From: Octopus sinensis
Taxonomy: Eukaryota
Length of the DNA stretch: 64,000 nt
Assembly (NCBI RefSeq): GCF_006345805.1
Contig: NC_043023.1
Location: 7,440,001 to 7,504,000, forward strand
Direction: 5' to 3'
Position numbers and translations under genes: made by a program. Below are positions 34,893 through 47,662 of this stretch, in pieces (the first letter of the stretch is position 1; the number at the start of each line of letters is the position of its first letter). The notes under the pieces are model-generated. The model did not search any database, was not told the DNA's origin, and worked only from the letters and a program-made list of their open reading frames with translations.

Positions 34893-34941
<49 letters not shown>

Positions 34942-35037
34942 CATGTATGTATATATATATATAGTTGAAATTTACTGAAAAACAAAAGACAAAGATGGGT
35001 GTATGAACAATACACTGTGCCGGTCACTAAAGTTGAA

Positions 35038-36130
35038 AGGTCAGGTCAAAGGTCAAACAAATACAGAGTGTAAATAGTACATCTCATTGTACAGCCACCC
35101 TTTCTCTCTCTCTCTCCCCAAATCGAAGTACAAGTCAGATAAGGACGGATCATGAAAATATTTGAGGTGAAGGTCACATGGATTCAGATGAAAGTCATTG
35201 TCGAGTCCATGAGGAAGGTTCAAAGTTCAAGGTCAAATGGAAGGACAAGGTCCAAGTTGAATACCAGAGCATGAGCAATGTGAAGGATATTGCAGGTCAA
35301 GGTCAAGGTAGAGTTCAAGGTATACAGAAGGGCAGGGTTCAATCCTTAAGCAATCAGATTACTGTCGAATGTAATGCTTATTAATCCACATTTTCAATTA
35401 ATCCTGCTTTATCTCACAGCTTTTAGACTGAGTGCTTATTTTCACAATGACATTGTAGGATAGGTATGAGAAGCCAGATCTGATTAATTGAAACATAGAA
35501 CAGAATATTTGGGTCACATATGGCCAGTTTAACCCTTTAGCATTCAGATTACTCTGTCAAATGTAAAGCTTATTTATTTACATTGAGTTGAATTAATCAT
35601 GTATCATCTCATAGCTTTGAGATTTCAATGGTGTGATTGTTCATTGTGGAGAAAAGAATAGGGAGATGATCAGAGCAAGACTAAAAATGATGGTCAGAAC
35701 TAGGTTCAAGGCAAGGTTCATCATGATGAAAAGAGAAAGGCCATGATCAGAGCAAGGCTCAAAGTGAAGGTCAGAACAAGGTTCATAGTGAAGGAAAGAG
35801 TAAGGTGAAGATTAGAGAAAGTTCAAAGTGAAGGTCAGAACAAAATTTTAAGCAAATATGAGGACAAGAGTTAAAGTGAAGAGTGAAGTATGGATCAAGA
35901 CAAAGATCAGGATAATGTTCAAGGCAAGGTCAATGTGAAGATCAGGAATGTTTAAAGGGATGATCAGAACAAGGTTCAACATAAAGATCAAGGCAAGGTT
36001 CAATGTGAAGATCAGGTTGAGATTCAAAGTTTAGTTTATGTTTAAAGCTATGGTAAAGTTGAACCTAACTTTCACTTGGAACCTTTTATTGAGTTTAAGT
36101 CAATTTAAATGAGATTCAAGTAGTAGGTCA
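35038..36130 (+). repeat. Degenerate AAGGTC/AAGGTTC-rich tract with 11 perfect AGGTCA hexamers
   Basis: AGGTCA at 35038, 35043, 35050, 35171, 35230, 35294, 35300, 35768, 35832, 35927 and 36125, all on the + strand. Confidence 0.8.
36085..36090 (-). terminator. Candidate polyadenylation signal (AATAAA) for IFT140
   Basis: First AATAAA noticed on the minus strand, ~154 nt after the stop codon. Confidence 0.45.
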
Positions 36131-36243
36131 AGGTAAGGGTTAAGAAACGAAGACTCATGTAGGTTTTGAGATGTAAGCTAGGACAGGGGCCGAAAATGTG
36201 AAAAATGAGAGTAATGTTCAAAGTCAAGGATCGGTGAGAAAGA

Positions 36244-36477
36244 TCAGTAAACTTCTGCGATCTCTTCCTCCACAAACTCAGTGTCGTCTTCACAGGGTGA
36301 CTCAGAGAGGTGACTACTGGTCTTCTTTCTGCTGTCGGTGTTGTTGGCACTGGTCAGTTCTTTTGGTAACGGAATGTCAAGGTGTTGATAGATCTGCTCC
36401 ACCGTCTTTGGACTTACAAAATAGGTGACGTTCATCTTTGGGAATTTCTTTTTCAGTTCCTCAATGTGGTCATAGGC
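36244..36477 (-). CDS. IFT140: IFT140 last coding exon ([23 protein letters not shown]...EEEIAEVY*)
   Basis: gtccag| acceptor; TGA at 36246-36244; 234 nt; acidic C-terminus as in other IFT140 proteins. Confidence 0.94.
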   Translation of the reverse strand, partial: AYDHIEELKKKFPKMNVTYFVSPKTVEQIYQHLDIPLPKELTSANNTDSRKKTSSHLSESPCEDDTEFVEEEIAEVY

Positions 36478-36576
36478 CTGGACGGATGGATGGAAGGAGA
36501 AATAGATAGGTGGATGGATGGATTGATGGGTAGAAGGATAGATAGACAGACAGACAGATACATAGATAAGTAGATG

Positions 36577-36636
<60 letters not shown>

Positions 36637-39600
36637 TAGAAAGATAGATAAATAGATAGATAGATAGGTAGATAGATAGATGGAAAGATAGATAGACAGA
36701 CAGACTGATAGATAGATAAACATGTAGACTGACTGACAAATAGATAGATAGACAGACACACAAATAGATAGCTAGAAAGATAGACAGGCAAAGACAGATA
36801 GATAGAAAGACAGTAAGAGATAGCTAGATTGATAGATACTAAGATAGAGAGGACACTACACAAAGATGGACAGGCAGTTATATGAACAGATGATCAGAGT
36901 GAGAGATGGACAGACAAATAGACACACAGATGGTCAGATGGAGAGATAGACATACAGACAGACAAGCATTTAGATGGAGAGATGGACTGAGAGTCAGACA
37001 TATGGAGGGACTAGAAGACAGATGGACACATTGACAAAGGGAGAGGTGGACAGAGAGCTAGATACATAGACAGTTTATATATATAGACAGGCGCAGGAGT
37101 GGCTGTGTGGTAAGTAGCTTGCTAACCAACCACATGATTCTGGGTTCAGTCCCACTGCGTGGCACCTTGGGCAAGTGTCTTCTGCTTTAGTCCCGGGCCG
37201 ACCAATGCCTTGTGAGTGGATTTGGTAGACGGAAACTGAAAGAAGCCTGTCGTATATATGGATATATATATATATATATATGTGTATGTGTGTGTGTCTG
37301 TGTTTGTCCCCCTAGCATTGCTTGACAACCGATGCTGGTGTGTTTACGTCCCCGTCACTTAGCGGTTCGGCAAAAAGAGACCGATAGAATAAGTACTGGG
37401 CTTACAAAGAATAAGTCCCGGGGTCGATTTGCTCGACTAAAAAGGCGGTGCTCCAGCATGGCCGCAGTCAAATGACTGAAACAAGTAAAAGAGAAATAAA
37501 AGAGGTAGATGGTCAGGTGGTCAAAATGACAAAGAAATGATGAGCTGCAGAGATCCAGACCAATACACAGAGGGACAGAGACACATGGAGATATAGTGAG
37601 ATAGATGTTCATATTGGGAGATGGACATATAATCAGATGGTTAAGTGGTCAGATAAACAGAGAAAATGATCAGATAGAGAGACGGACAGACAGCTGGATA
37701 TATGAGTAGATGACCATGTGATAAGAACAGACAACCAGATGGGCAGAAGGACACAGAGACAGAAATGGACAGAGGGACAAGCAAACATAAAGAGGGACAG
37801 ACAAAAAGATGGACAAACATAAGTGGACATACAGAAAGATATGCTTAGACACACAGAGGAATAGATATATACAGACAGACGGACAGACAAATGGACATAC
37901 AGACAGACAGACGGACAGACAAATGGACATACAGAGAGATGGATAGGTGGAGGAGTAAGAAAAGAAACAAACGAAGAAAGAGGTTAGTTCATATCCTACA
38001 ATATGATTAAGTTGATGATGATGATGGTGGTGGTGGTGATGATGATGAAGATAAGGATAATGATGAGACAGTGGTGGCTGTGGTGGTGAGGATGATGATT
38101 AATAATGAAGATGTTAATAATGATGATGATGATGATGATGACAACGATGATGAAGTCAGTAAAGACCACAGTAATGCTGCTGATGGTTGTGGTGATGACA
38201 GTGATGATGATGATGAATGAAGATAATGGAGGTGGTGGTGATGATAATGATGGCAGCTTTGAAGCTGCCCTTTGGGCGATATTCAGGATTGTCCCTGCAG
38301 AGGGCACCTTTGAGGCCTTCAGCCCCACTATCAGGGCGATTTGCAGCCGTCTACCCTTGTGTAATGTAATGGACTTGAACACATTCATTGTATATGTATC
38401 TCTTGGTATTAATTATCTGATACCCCTTCTAAACTCCCTATCCACAAAAATAGTGGGAATCAGTGGGGCCCCGTTTAAGCGGCCCTTCAGAAATTGAACC
38501 CCCTTACGATACTCCTTGGGAGTTCATGGTATGAAGTTCATTGTTTATTGATCCAATTTAGTTGCCAATGCCATGCATTTAGTTTGAAACACAGTAAAAC
38601 TAGGGGGTCTGCGGGGCCCCAATTAGGTGGCCCTTAAAAAAATAGAACCCCTTAGGACTTTCCCTGGTATTAGGATAGTTGCTGGTTTGAGTTTCGTTGT
38701 CCTTGCACCAATGGTCTGGGAGGAATTAACGAACATAAAAACATAACAGACAGAGAAACATCACTCAAATTTATAATAGGATGAGCAAAACACCCCCCTC
38801 CACCGCCCAATGGATGGTGCTGAGTTGTCAAACATTTAAATCAAATTTTCTCAAAACAACTTGTCCAACTGTCCCATAGCCCCCCCTCTTTTTGAGAAAC
38901 ACTGATTTAACCTAAATTTGAGACTCCAGCAAAAGAAGAAATAAAAATAGACTTTTTTTCTATTCCAAAGAAAACGATTTTATTCACTTTATCGATCGCA
39001 TTCTCACCTGGGATCGATTTTTGTAATTTTTTCAAAACTTATACACGCCCTGATACCGTCAGTATCTACATATCAAATCGAATGGAGGATGCCCGAGATC
39101 CTAGAAGACACACACACAGACCGATAGACAGAACGGATTTTATATAATAGATGAGCAAAATGCCCCCTGTCCAATGGACGGTGCTGAGTTGTCAAACATT
39201 TAAACCAAATTTTCTCAAAACAACTTGTCCAACCGTCTCATAGGCCTCCCCTTTGAGAAACACTGATTTAACCTAAATTTGAGACACCAGCAAAAGAAGA
39301 AATAAAGATAGACGTTTTTTCTATTCCAAAGAAAAATGATTTTATTCACACAAATATGCAACCGAAGAGTTTAAAGTACCAGTAATGATAAGGCTGTTAA
39401 CTGGGAGAACACAAACATGGTTTAAACAGTAAGCTTGGCAGGAAAGAAACGTGCCTTTAAGCAGTACAAAAACAACAAAAAGTGGAAGGTGCAGTTATGT
39501 ACAGGTTGACGGAAGAAAAGCAGGACAAAAACGGCTTTATTGATCACATTCTCACCTGGAATTGATTTTTGTAATCTTTCCAAGACTTATGCATGCCCTG

Positions 39601-40529
39601 ATACCATCGGTATCTACATATCAAATTTGAGCGCAATCAGATGGAGGATGCCCAAGATCCTAGAAGACACACACACAGACAGAATGGATTTTATATAATA
39701 GACAAGCAAAACACCCCTTGTCTAATGAATGGTGATGAGTTGTCAAACATTTGAACCAAATTTTTTCGAAACAACTTGTCCAACCGTCCCATAGGCCTCC
39801 CCTTTGAGAAACACTGATTTAACCTAAATTTGAGACACCAGCAAAAGACGAATTTCGACTGATGTACTTGTGCATACAAATGCACGTTCCCACGGCTTTA
39901 TCGATCGCATTCTCACCTGGAATCGATTTTTGTAATCTTTTCAAGACTTATGCATGCCCTGATACCATTGGTATCTACATATCAAATTTGAGCACAATCG
40001 GATGGAGGATGCCCGAGATCCTAGAAGACACACAGACACACACACAGACAGAATGGATAAGGCATTGGAGATGATAGTGGTGTTGGAGATGATGATGATA
40101 ATGATGATGATGGGGATGATGATAATGGTGGTGGTGGTGGTGATGGTAACAACACTTCCCACCCACTTCCACTGTTCCTATTGTTGATAAGGAAAGACAT
40201 ACCATTCTCCACCTCTCCTGACACGCATAATGCTCGATGAGAAAGGCGTAGACATCTCCGACTCTGACCGATTTCTCCAGGTTGGGTTCCTCCAGGAGCG
40301 CTAGGCACAGCTTCACCGCATCATCTGGATTATTGCTGTAGATTCTGCAAGGAGAAACAACAGTAACATCACTGAGAATAATATTTGTTTCTTGTTGAGG
40401 TACAAGGCCTGAAAGCTTAGGGAAAGGGGCCAAGTCAATTACGTCGACCTCAGTGTATCACTGGTACCTATTTTATTGATCTCAAAAGGATGAAAGGCTA
40501 AGTCAACCTCGGCAGAATTTAAACAAAAA

Positions 40530-40572
<43 letters not shown>

Positions 40573-40686
40573 TATAATAACACTGGTTTCAAATTTTGGC
40601 ACAAGGCCAGCAAAAAGTTGATTACATTAAGCGTCAGTATTTGACTAGTGCTTCATTTTACTGAGCCCTAAAAAGATGAAAGGCAG

Positions 40687-40721
<35 letters not shown>

Positions 40722-40882
40722 TGTTGTTGTAGTAGCAGTAGTAGTAGTAATAATAACAGCAGCAGTAGTAGTAATAGCAGCAGTAGGAGTAGTAATAGTA
40801 GCAGTAGTAATAGTAGTAGTAGTAGTAATAGTAGTAGCAGTAGTAGTAATAGTAGTAGCAGTAGTAGTAATAACAGCAGCAA

Positions 40883-40920
<38 letters not shown>

Positions 40921-41107
40921 ATAGCAGCAGTAGTAATAGCAGTAGTAGTAATAGCAACAGCAGTAGCAGTAGCAGTAGTAGTAGTAGTAGTAATAGCAGT
41001 GGTAGTAACTGTAGCAACAGCAGCAGTAGTAGTAGTAGCAGTTGTAATAATAGCAGCAGTAGTAGTAATAGTAGTGGTAGTAGTAGTTAGTAAACAGTAG
41101 TAGAAGT

Positions 41108-41162
<55 letters not shown>

Positions 41163-44100
41163 ATAGCAGCAGCAGCAGCAGAGGTTAACAAGAAGGACAC
41201 ATGTCCCGTCCCCACCCCCCGCCCCCTTGCTTCGTTACTTACTTGCGTGCGTTGACGAACTTCTTGATCAAGACCACTTTCTGTTTCAGTTCGTCCAGCC
41301 TGTACTCAATGTGCATCTTGTTGTCGGTGTTGTCGTCGTTGCTGCCGCTGTTGGCGTCGGCGTCGCTGTCCAGGGACTTCTGCAGACACTTGCACGCCTC
41401 GCCCAGCGCACCCAGCGATTTCTCGTAGTTCTGGTACTCATCGATCTCCGCCTGGAAACAGACATAAGAAAGTATATATGTGTGTATATATATGTGACAT
41501 CATCATCATCATCATCATCATAGATGCCACAGTCGTCATCATCATCATCATCATCTGTGTCATTATCGTTGTCCTCATCAACACCATTCCCATCAACACC
41601 GTCATCATCATCATCATCGTTGTCGTCGTCATCATTCTCATCATCACCATCATCAAAACCATCACCACCACAATCATCATCGTCATCATCATCATCATCA
41701 TCACCATCACCATCATCATCATCATCGTTTAACGTCTGCTTTCCATGCTAGCATGGGTTGGACGATTTGATTGAGGTCAGGCGAACCAAATGGCTGCACC
41801 AGACTCCAATCTGATCTGGCAGTGTTTCTACAGCTGGATGCCCTTCCTAACGCCAACCACTCCGAGAGTGTAGTGGGTGCTTTTACATGCCACCGGCACG
41901 AGGGCCACTCAGGCGGTACTGGCAACAGTCACGATCAAATGGGTTTTTTTTACGTGCCACCAGCACAGGAGCCAGTCCAGCAGCACTGGCAATGACCTCA
42001 CGCAAATGTTGTTTTTCACATGCCAGTAAGGTGACGCTGGTAACGATCATGCTCGAATGGTGCTTTTTACGTGCCACCGGTACAGAAGTCAGTCAGCTGC
42101 TCTGGTAACGATCACACTTGGATGATGCTCAATGATTAAAGAATAGATGATGGTTATAAGAGAAGCACAAAGGGACTACTCAATCTGCTAGAAATACCAA
42201 CCAAATCTCACTCAAAACACATCTTACTATCCTAAAAACGTACACATAAGACATAGTAACAGTGGTCACAGCTGGAATGTCTTTGATCAAAGTCCACTGG
42301 GGTTAAACAATAAAAACCAACATGATCTTACCTGTGCACAGACATCGTAGAATGCAGCGAGGGAGTCGAGGGCCTTGGCCTTCATGTAGAAGTTGACGAT
42401 GTTCTTCATGATGTCGGTGTTGTTGCGCCAGTCGAGGGACTGGAGGTAGTTGGCAGCCATTACGTAGATCTCCCTCTGTCGGGAAACGTTAGCGAAGAAC
42501 GAGATCTTCTCTGTGTCACCAGACTTTAGTAGACACTTCATGGCCTGAAAAAGAGACAACAGTCTATATCTGTGTGTGTGTGTGTGTGTAAATTTCAAGT
42601 GACAGTGTAACCTTCATTCCATTAACCCATTAGTGACCAAATTTTTTTTTATTTGATTTCATCATCATCATCATCGTTTAGCATCCGCTTTCCATGCTAG
42701 CATGGGTTGGACGGTTCAACTGGAGTCTGTGAAGCCAGAAGGCAGCATCAGGCCCAGTCTGATCTGGCAGTGTTTCTACGGCTGGATGCCCTTCCTAACG
42801 CCAACCACTCCGTGAGTGTAGTGGGTGCTTTTTACGTGCCACCCGCACAGGTGCCAGACGGGGCTGGCAAACGGCCACGGACGGATGGTACTTTTTATGT
42901 GCCACCGGCACGGGGGCCAGGCAAGGCTGGCAATGGCCACGATCAGATGGTGCTTTTTTTTATAAAACTTTACCTGATATTACCTAAATTACCTAAATAT
43001 ATGAAAATATACGATTACCTAAATATATGAAAAAAAAATTTTAGGTGCAGGAGTGGCTGTGTGGTAAGTAGCTTGTTTACCAACCACATGGTTCCAGGTT
43101 CAGTCCCACTGCATGGCACCTCGGGCAAGTGTCTTCTACTATAGCCTGGGGCCAACCAAAGCCTTGTGAGTGGATTTGGTAGATGGAAACAGCAGCAGGT
43201 TTCATCAGCCTGTGAAGAGATCCCTGACCTGACTCTAAGAACCTATGTCCTGTGATCTCAAGATTGAAGACTATCAGATGTTGTTATACATCACTGGTCA
43301 CAATGCACTTTAAATTGTTTTAGCTTTCAAATGATGCCATACTTCTGGCTCAGAAAGCAGGCCAACAATTCCCCAATCGGAAAACTATTCTGTCAGAGGG
43401 CTACCCCTTTTTTTTTGTTTTTTATTTTTGCCTACAAGGGGCTAAACATAGAGGGGACAAACAAGGACAGACAAAAGGATTAAGTCGATTACATCGACCC
43501 CAGTGCATAACTGGTACTTATTTAATCGACCTGGAAAGGATGAAAGGCAAAGTCAACCTCGGCAGAATTTGAACTCAGAACGTAGCGGCAGACGAAATAC
43601 CACTAAGTATTTCGCCCGGCGTACTAACATTTCTGCCAGCTCACCACCCATTTGCAGCTGAGTGGACTGGGGCAATGTGTAATGAAGTGTTCTCTTCAAG
43701 AACACAACATGCTGATCAGTCTAGAAATGAAACCCCAAATCTTTCATTGTAGTCTCATCAACACACTACAATAGTATATGATACACAACAATAATGACAA
43801 TATATGTTCTAGTTCACTATAGAAACTACCACATTGATTCATAGCATGGGTGCCACTGGCAACTTCCTCAATACAGAATGAACAATATATTCATTCTGTA
43901 TCATGGGAAGTCACCAGTGATACACATGTTAAACCACAAGGCCACACAACTTCACCAAAACATATATATGTTTAAAAAAATTTTTTAAGTAAAGATTGCC
44001 AACATAACATGGCAGTACTACAAAGAACCGTTGCTGAATATCTCACGTTGTAAGATATAAAAATAGTAATTTTCTAATTTATAAATCAGTGACTAGTCGT

Positions 44101-45366
44101 CACTGTCATCATCATCCTCATCATCATTGTTTAACGTCTGCTTTCCATGCTAGCATGGTTTGGACGATTTGACTGAGGACTGGCGGACCAGATGGCTGCA
44201 CCAGGCTCCAATCTTGATTTGGCAGCGGTTCTACAGCTGGATGCCCTTCCTAACGCCAATCACTCTGAGAGTGTAGTGGGTGCTTTTATGTGCCACCGGC
44301 ACAAGGGCCAGTCAGGCGGTACTGGCAACGGTCAGAGAAAATCGTGTTTTTTTTACGTGTCACCTGCACACCAGCACTTCGAATGGGAATTTGGCAGCAC
44401 CACCTCTAGCTGAACAATTATTCTGTGCTGATGAAGGGAAATAACCCGGAAATCACAATACACAGATATTGTCTTGAGCTGAGTGGGGGTGCTAGATTCC
44501 CTTGTTTGAAAATGTAAGGACACAGATTGTGTCGTATAGCCAGCTGGAGATAATGTTTCCTGGGGCTAAATTACAGCAACATCCATCCTAGACCGGGACA
44601 GCCATGTTATGTTGGCAAACAATCTTTACTACAAAGTACTGTTGCAGGAATATCTCCCATTATGAGATTTAAAAATTGTAATTTTCCAAAATTTTAAAAA
44701 CCTCTAATTTATAGCAAAATTAGATCACTGGTGTATAAGAAAACATAGCGTGAAATGGGGTTGGTAGACAAAGTGTTAATGGAAAAAGGAAGTACTTTAA
44801 CATTTCAGATATTAGACCTTCATCAGGAGACAAAGAGAAAAGTTTTATATCTTTCTATTGGGTATATAAATTAATGAAGCTGGAGGGAAAGAAAATATAT
44901 ACATGATGCACTACTATTAATATTACACAAGGTTAAACGCTCTCAGACACTGCTCACAGTGAACTGCCTGCCCAACCTGAACTGCATCGCTCAAAGTTCT
45001 TTACTTTATAACAACGAGTCAGTCCACCTTTAGTCATTTGGGGAGGGGGGGCTGGTCGGAATCCTTCCACAACAAAAAGCATACCTGAAGTATATGAAAA
45101 TGCCTGAGTGTGGAAAAGGTATTGAAAGACCACTTACCTTCACTCTATTGCCGGACTGTGTGTATTTCTTTGTAGCCAGGTGGTACTGCCCTTGAAGCAT
45201 GCAGATCTTTCCGATTCCTTCCAGAATCTTCAGTCTCTCACTACTGTCTGGGCCACCGGATGTATTCTTTGGTGGGCTCAACTTCTCGGCCAGTTCTGGG
45301 GTCACTGTGATACTCTTCTCCATCAGAAGCTGTATAGCTTCCCAGTACTGGTAGAAACAAACAGAC

Positions 45367-45430
<64 letters not shown>

Positions 45431-47231
45431 CACAGAAAAAACAAGGAGAGAAAAAAGGAGAGAAAAAAATATGTGTAGTGGCTAACAATCTATCATGGCA
45501 ACTATATATATATATATATATATATATCTGTAAATGTAATATGTGACAATTATTCGGTAGCCATGATAAAACTCCGAGTTTCGGATGTCTGGGTGAAAAT
45601 TATCACATATTACATTTACAGATAAATTCCTCTATTTACATAATATCGAGGTCTCTTTCTTTCTTTTGTTGTCTTAACATTTCTATCAATATATGTGTGT
45701 GTGTGTGTGTCTGTGTGTGTATACATATATATGTATATGTATATATATATATGTATATACATATTTACATGAGTGCGTGTGTGTATTTGTATATATATGT
45801 CATCATTGCTTAACGTCTGCTTTCCATGCTAGCATGGGTTGGACGAATGACTGAGGGCTGGTGAACCAGATGGCTGCACCAGGCTCCAATCTTGATCTGG
45901 CAGAGTTTCTACAGCTGGATGCCCTTCCTAACGCCAACCACTCCGAGAGTGTAGTGGGTGCTTTTACGCACCACTGGCACGGGGCCAGTCAGGCGGCACT
46001 GGCAACAACCTTGCTCAAATCTTTTACACATGCCACCGGCACGGGTGCCAGTAAGGCGATGCTGGTAACGATCCCACTCAAATGGTGTCTTTTACGTGCC
46101 ACTGGCACAGAGGCCAGATAGCCACTCTGGTAACGATCATGCTCGGATGGTGCTCTTAATACCCTACTAGTACGGATCTCGAGTGCCAATAGTGCGATGC
46201 TGGTAACGATCACATATAGATAGATAGATAGATTGATAGACAGACAGACACATAGACATACAGATAGATACATACACACACATATACATGTATGTATAAA
46301 ATTAATATGGGCAGCTGGGCACAGTATAAACTGTATATGCAAAATTTAGTTGACACTAATTGTAACTGTATGTGCTGCAGGCACATATATTGCTAGAAAT
46401 AAGAGTTAAACCACTTAGAGCTGCATAAAAGTGTCCAGTGTTCTAGCTTGCTTCGCTCATGCGCAGTTATCTACCTTGTCAGTATATATTAATGTGCTTT
46501 TATGTGGCTATAAGTGGTTTGACTCTTATTTCTAGCAATAATAATAGCACCACGACTATAATCACCCTGACTACCACAAGTACTGGTGTGATCCCAGGCA
46601 CACATACAACCATATAATGACCACCATAAAGGCAGCGAGCTGGCAGAACCGTTTGCACGCCAGACAAAATGCGTAGCTGTATTTTGTCTGCCGTTACGTT
46701 CTGAGTTCAAATTCCACCGAGGTCGACTTTGCCTTTCATCCTTTCGGGGTCGATAAATTAAGTACCAGTTACGCACTGGGGTCGATGCAATCGACTTAAT
46801 TCGTTTGTCAGTCCTTGTTTGTCCCCTCTGTGTTTAGCCCCTTGTGGACAATAAAGAAACACATATAATGACCACCACTACTATCACAATGACCTCAACC
46901 ACACAACTCCACCACCACACTTCTCAGCACCCCAGTCTTACCTTCTTTGCCATTGCCAATAGCTCCACAGCCTTGTCGTACTGTGCATTTTCCATAAAAA
47001 AGTCAGCACACCTCTCCAGGACCTCAGGGTCAGCCCGGTCATCCAGTTCCAAAGTCATTGCCTGCAATGCCCCAAACTGTTTACTGCTGAAGGATAGCTC
47101 CAGGGCCTTAGATAAACGGCCAGCCTGCAGAAAGAGAAAAAAGATAGGATATTATTTATATCAGGGACATGCCACCTAGGTAGATAAGGTGGACATATCT
47201 ATATATATATCTATATCTATCTATCTATCTA

Positions 47232-47287
<56 letters not shown>

Positions 47288-47631
47288 GTGAAGGGAAATT
47301 TTGAAATTTTGAATAATCCGTAACAAGATAATTCATTTATCCATTTCATTAAATATATATATATATATACATATTTAACTAGTGTTTAATTTTTCAAATT
47401 ATATTGAATTGGAACGATCGTACTGACGAGTCTGCGGACAAAAGATTACGTAAGTAATTTATTAGGTAATAGACGAAACCGGTATATCATTAATTCTTGA
47501 TTTTTATATAATTTTCATCTGTCTTGCTCGCTTTTTCTCTGGAGAACATCATTTTCTTTGTAGTTAGATCATATATGATCATCTAGCGTATGGTTATCCA
47601 CCTAGTGGTATAGCCCTAAATAGCCCTAAAT

Positions 47632-47662
<31 letters not shown>

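Noticed and set aside
44795-44835. Minus-strand CUGAUGA-AGGU/AUCU-GAAAUGUUA hammerhead-like motif
   Set aside because: No stem I pairing and no credible stem III; at most a relic.
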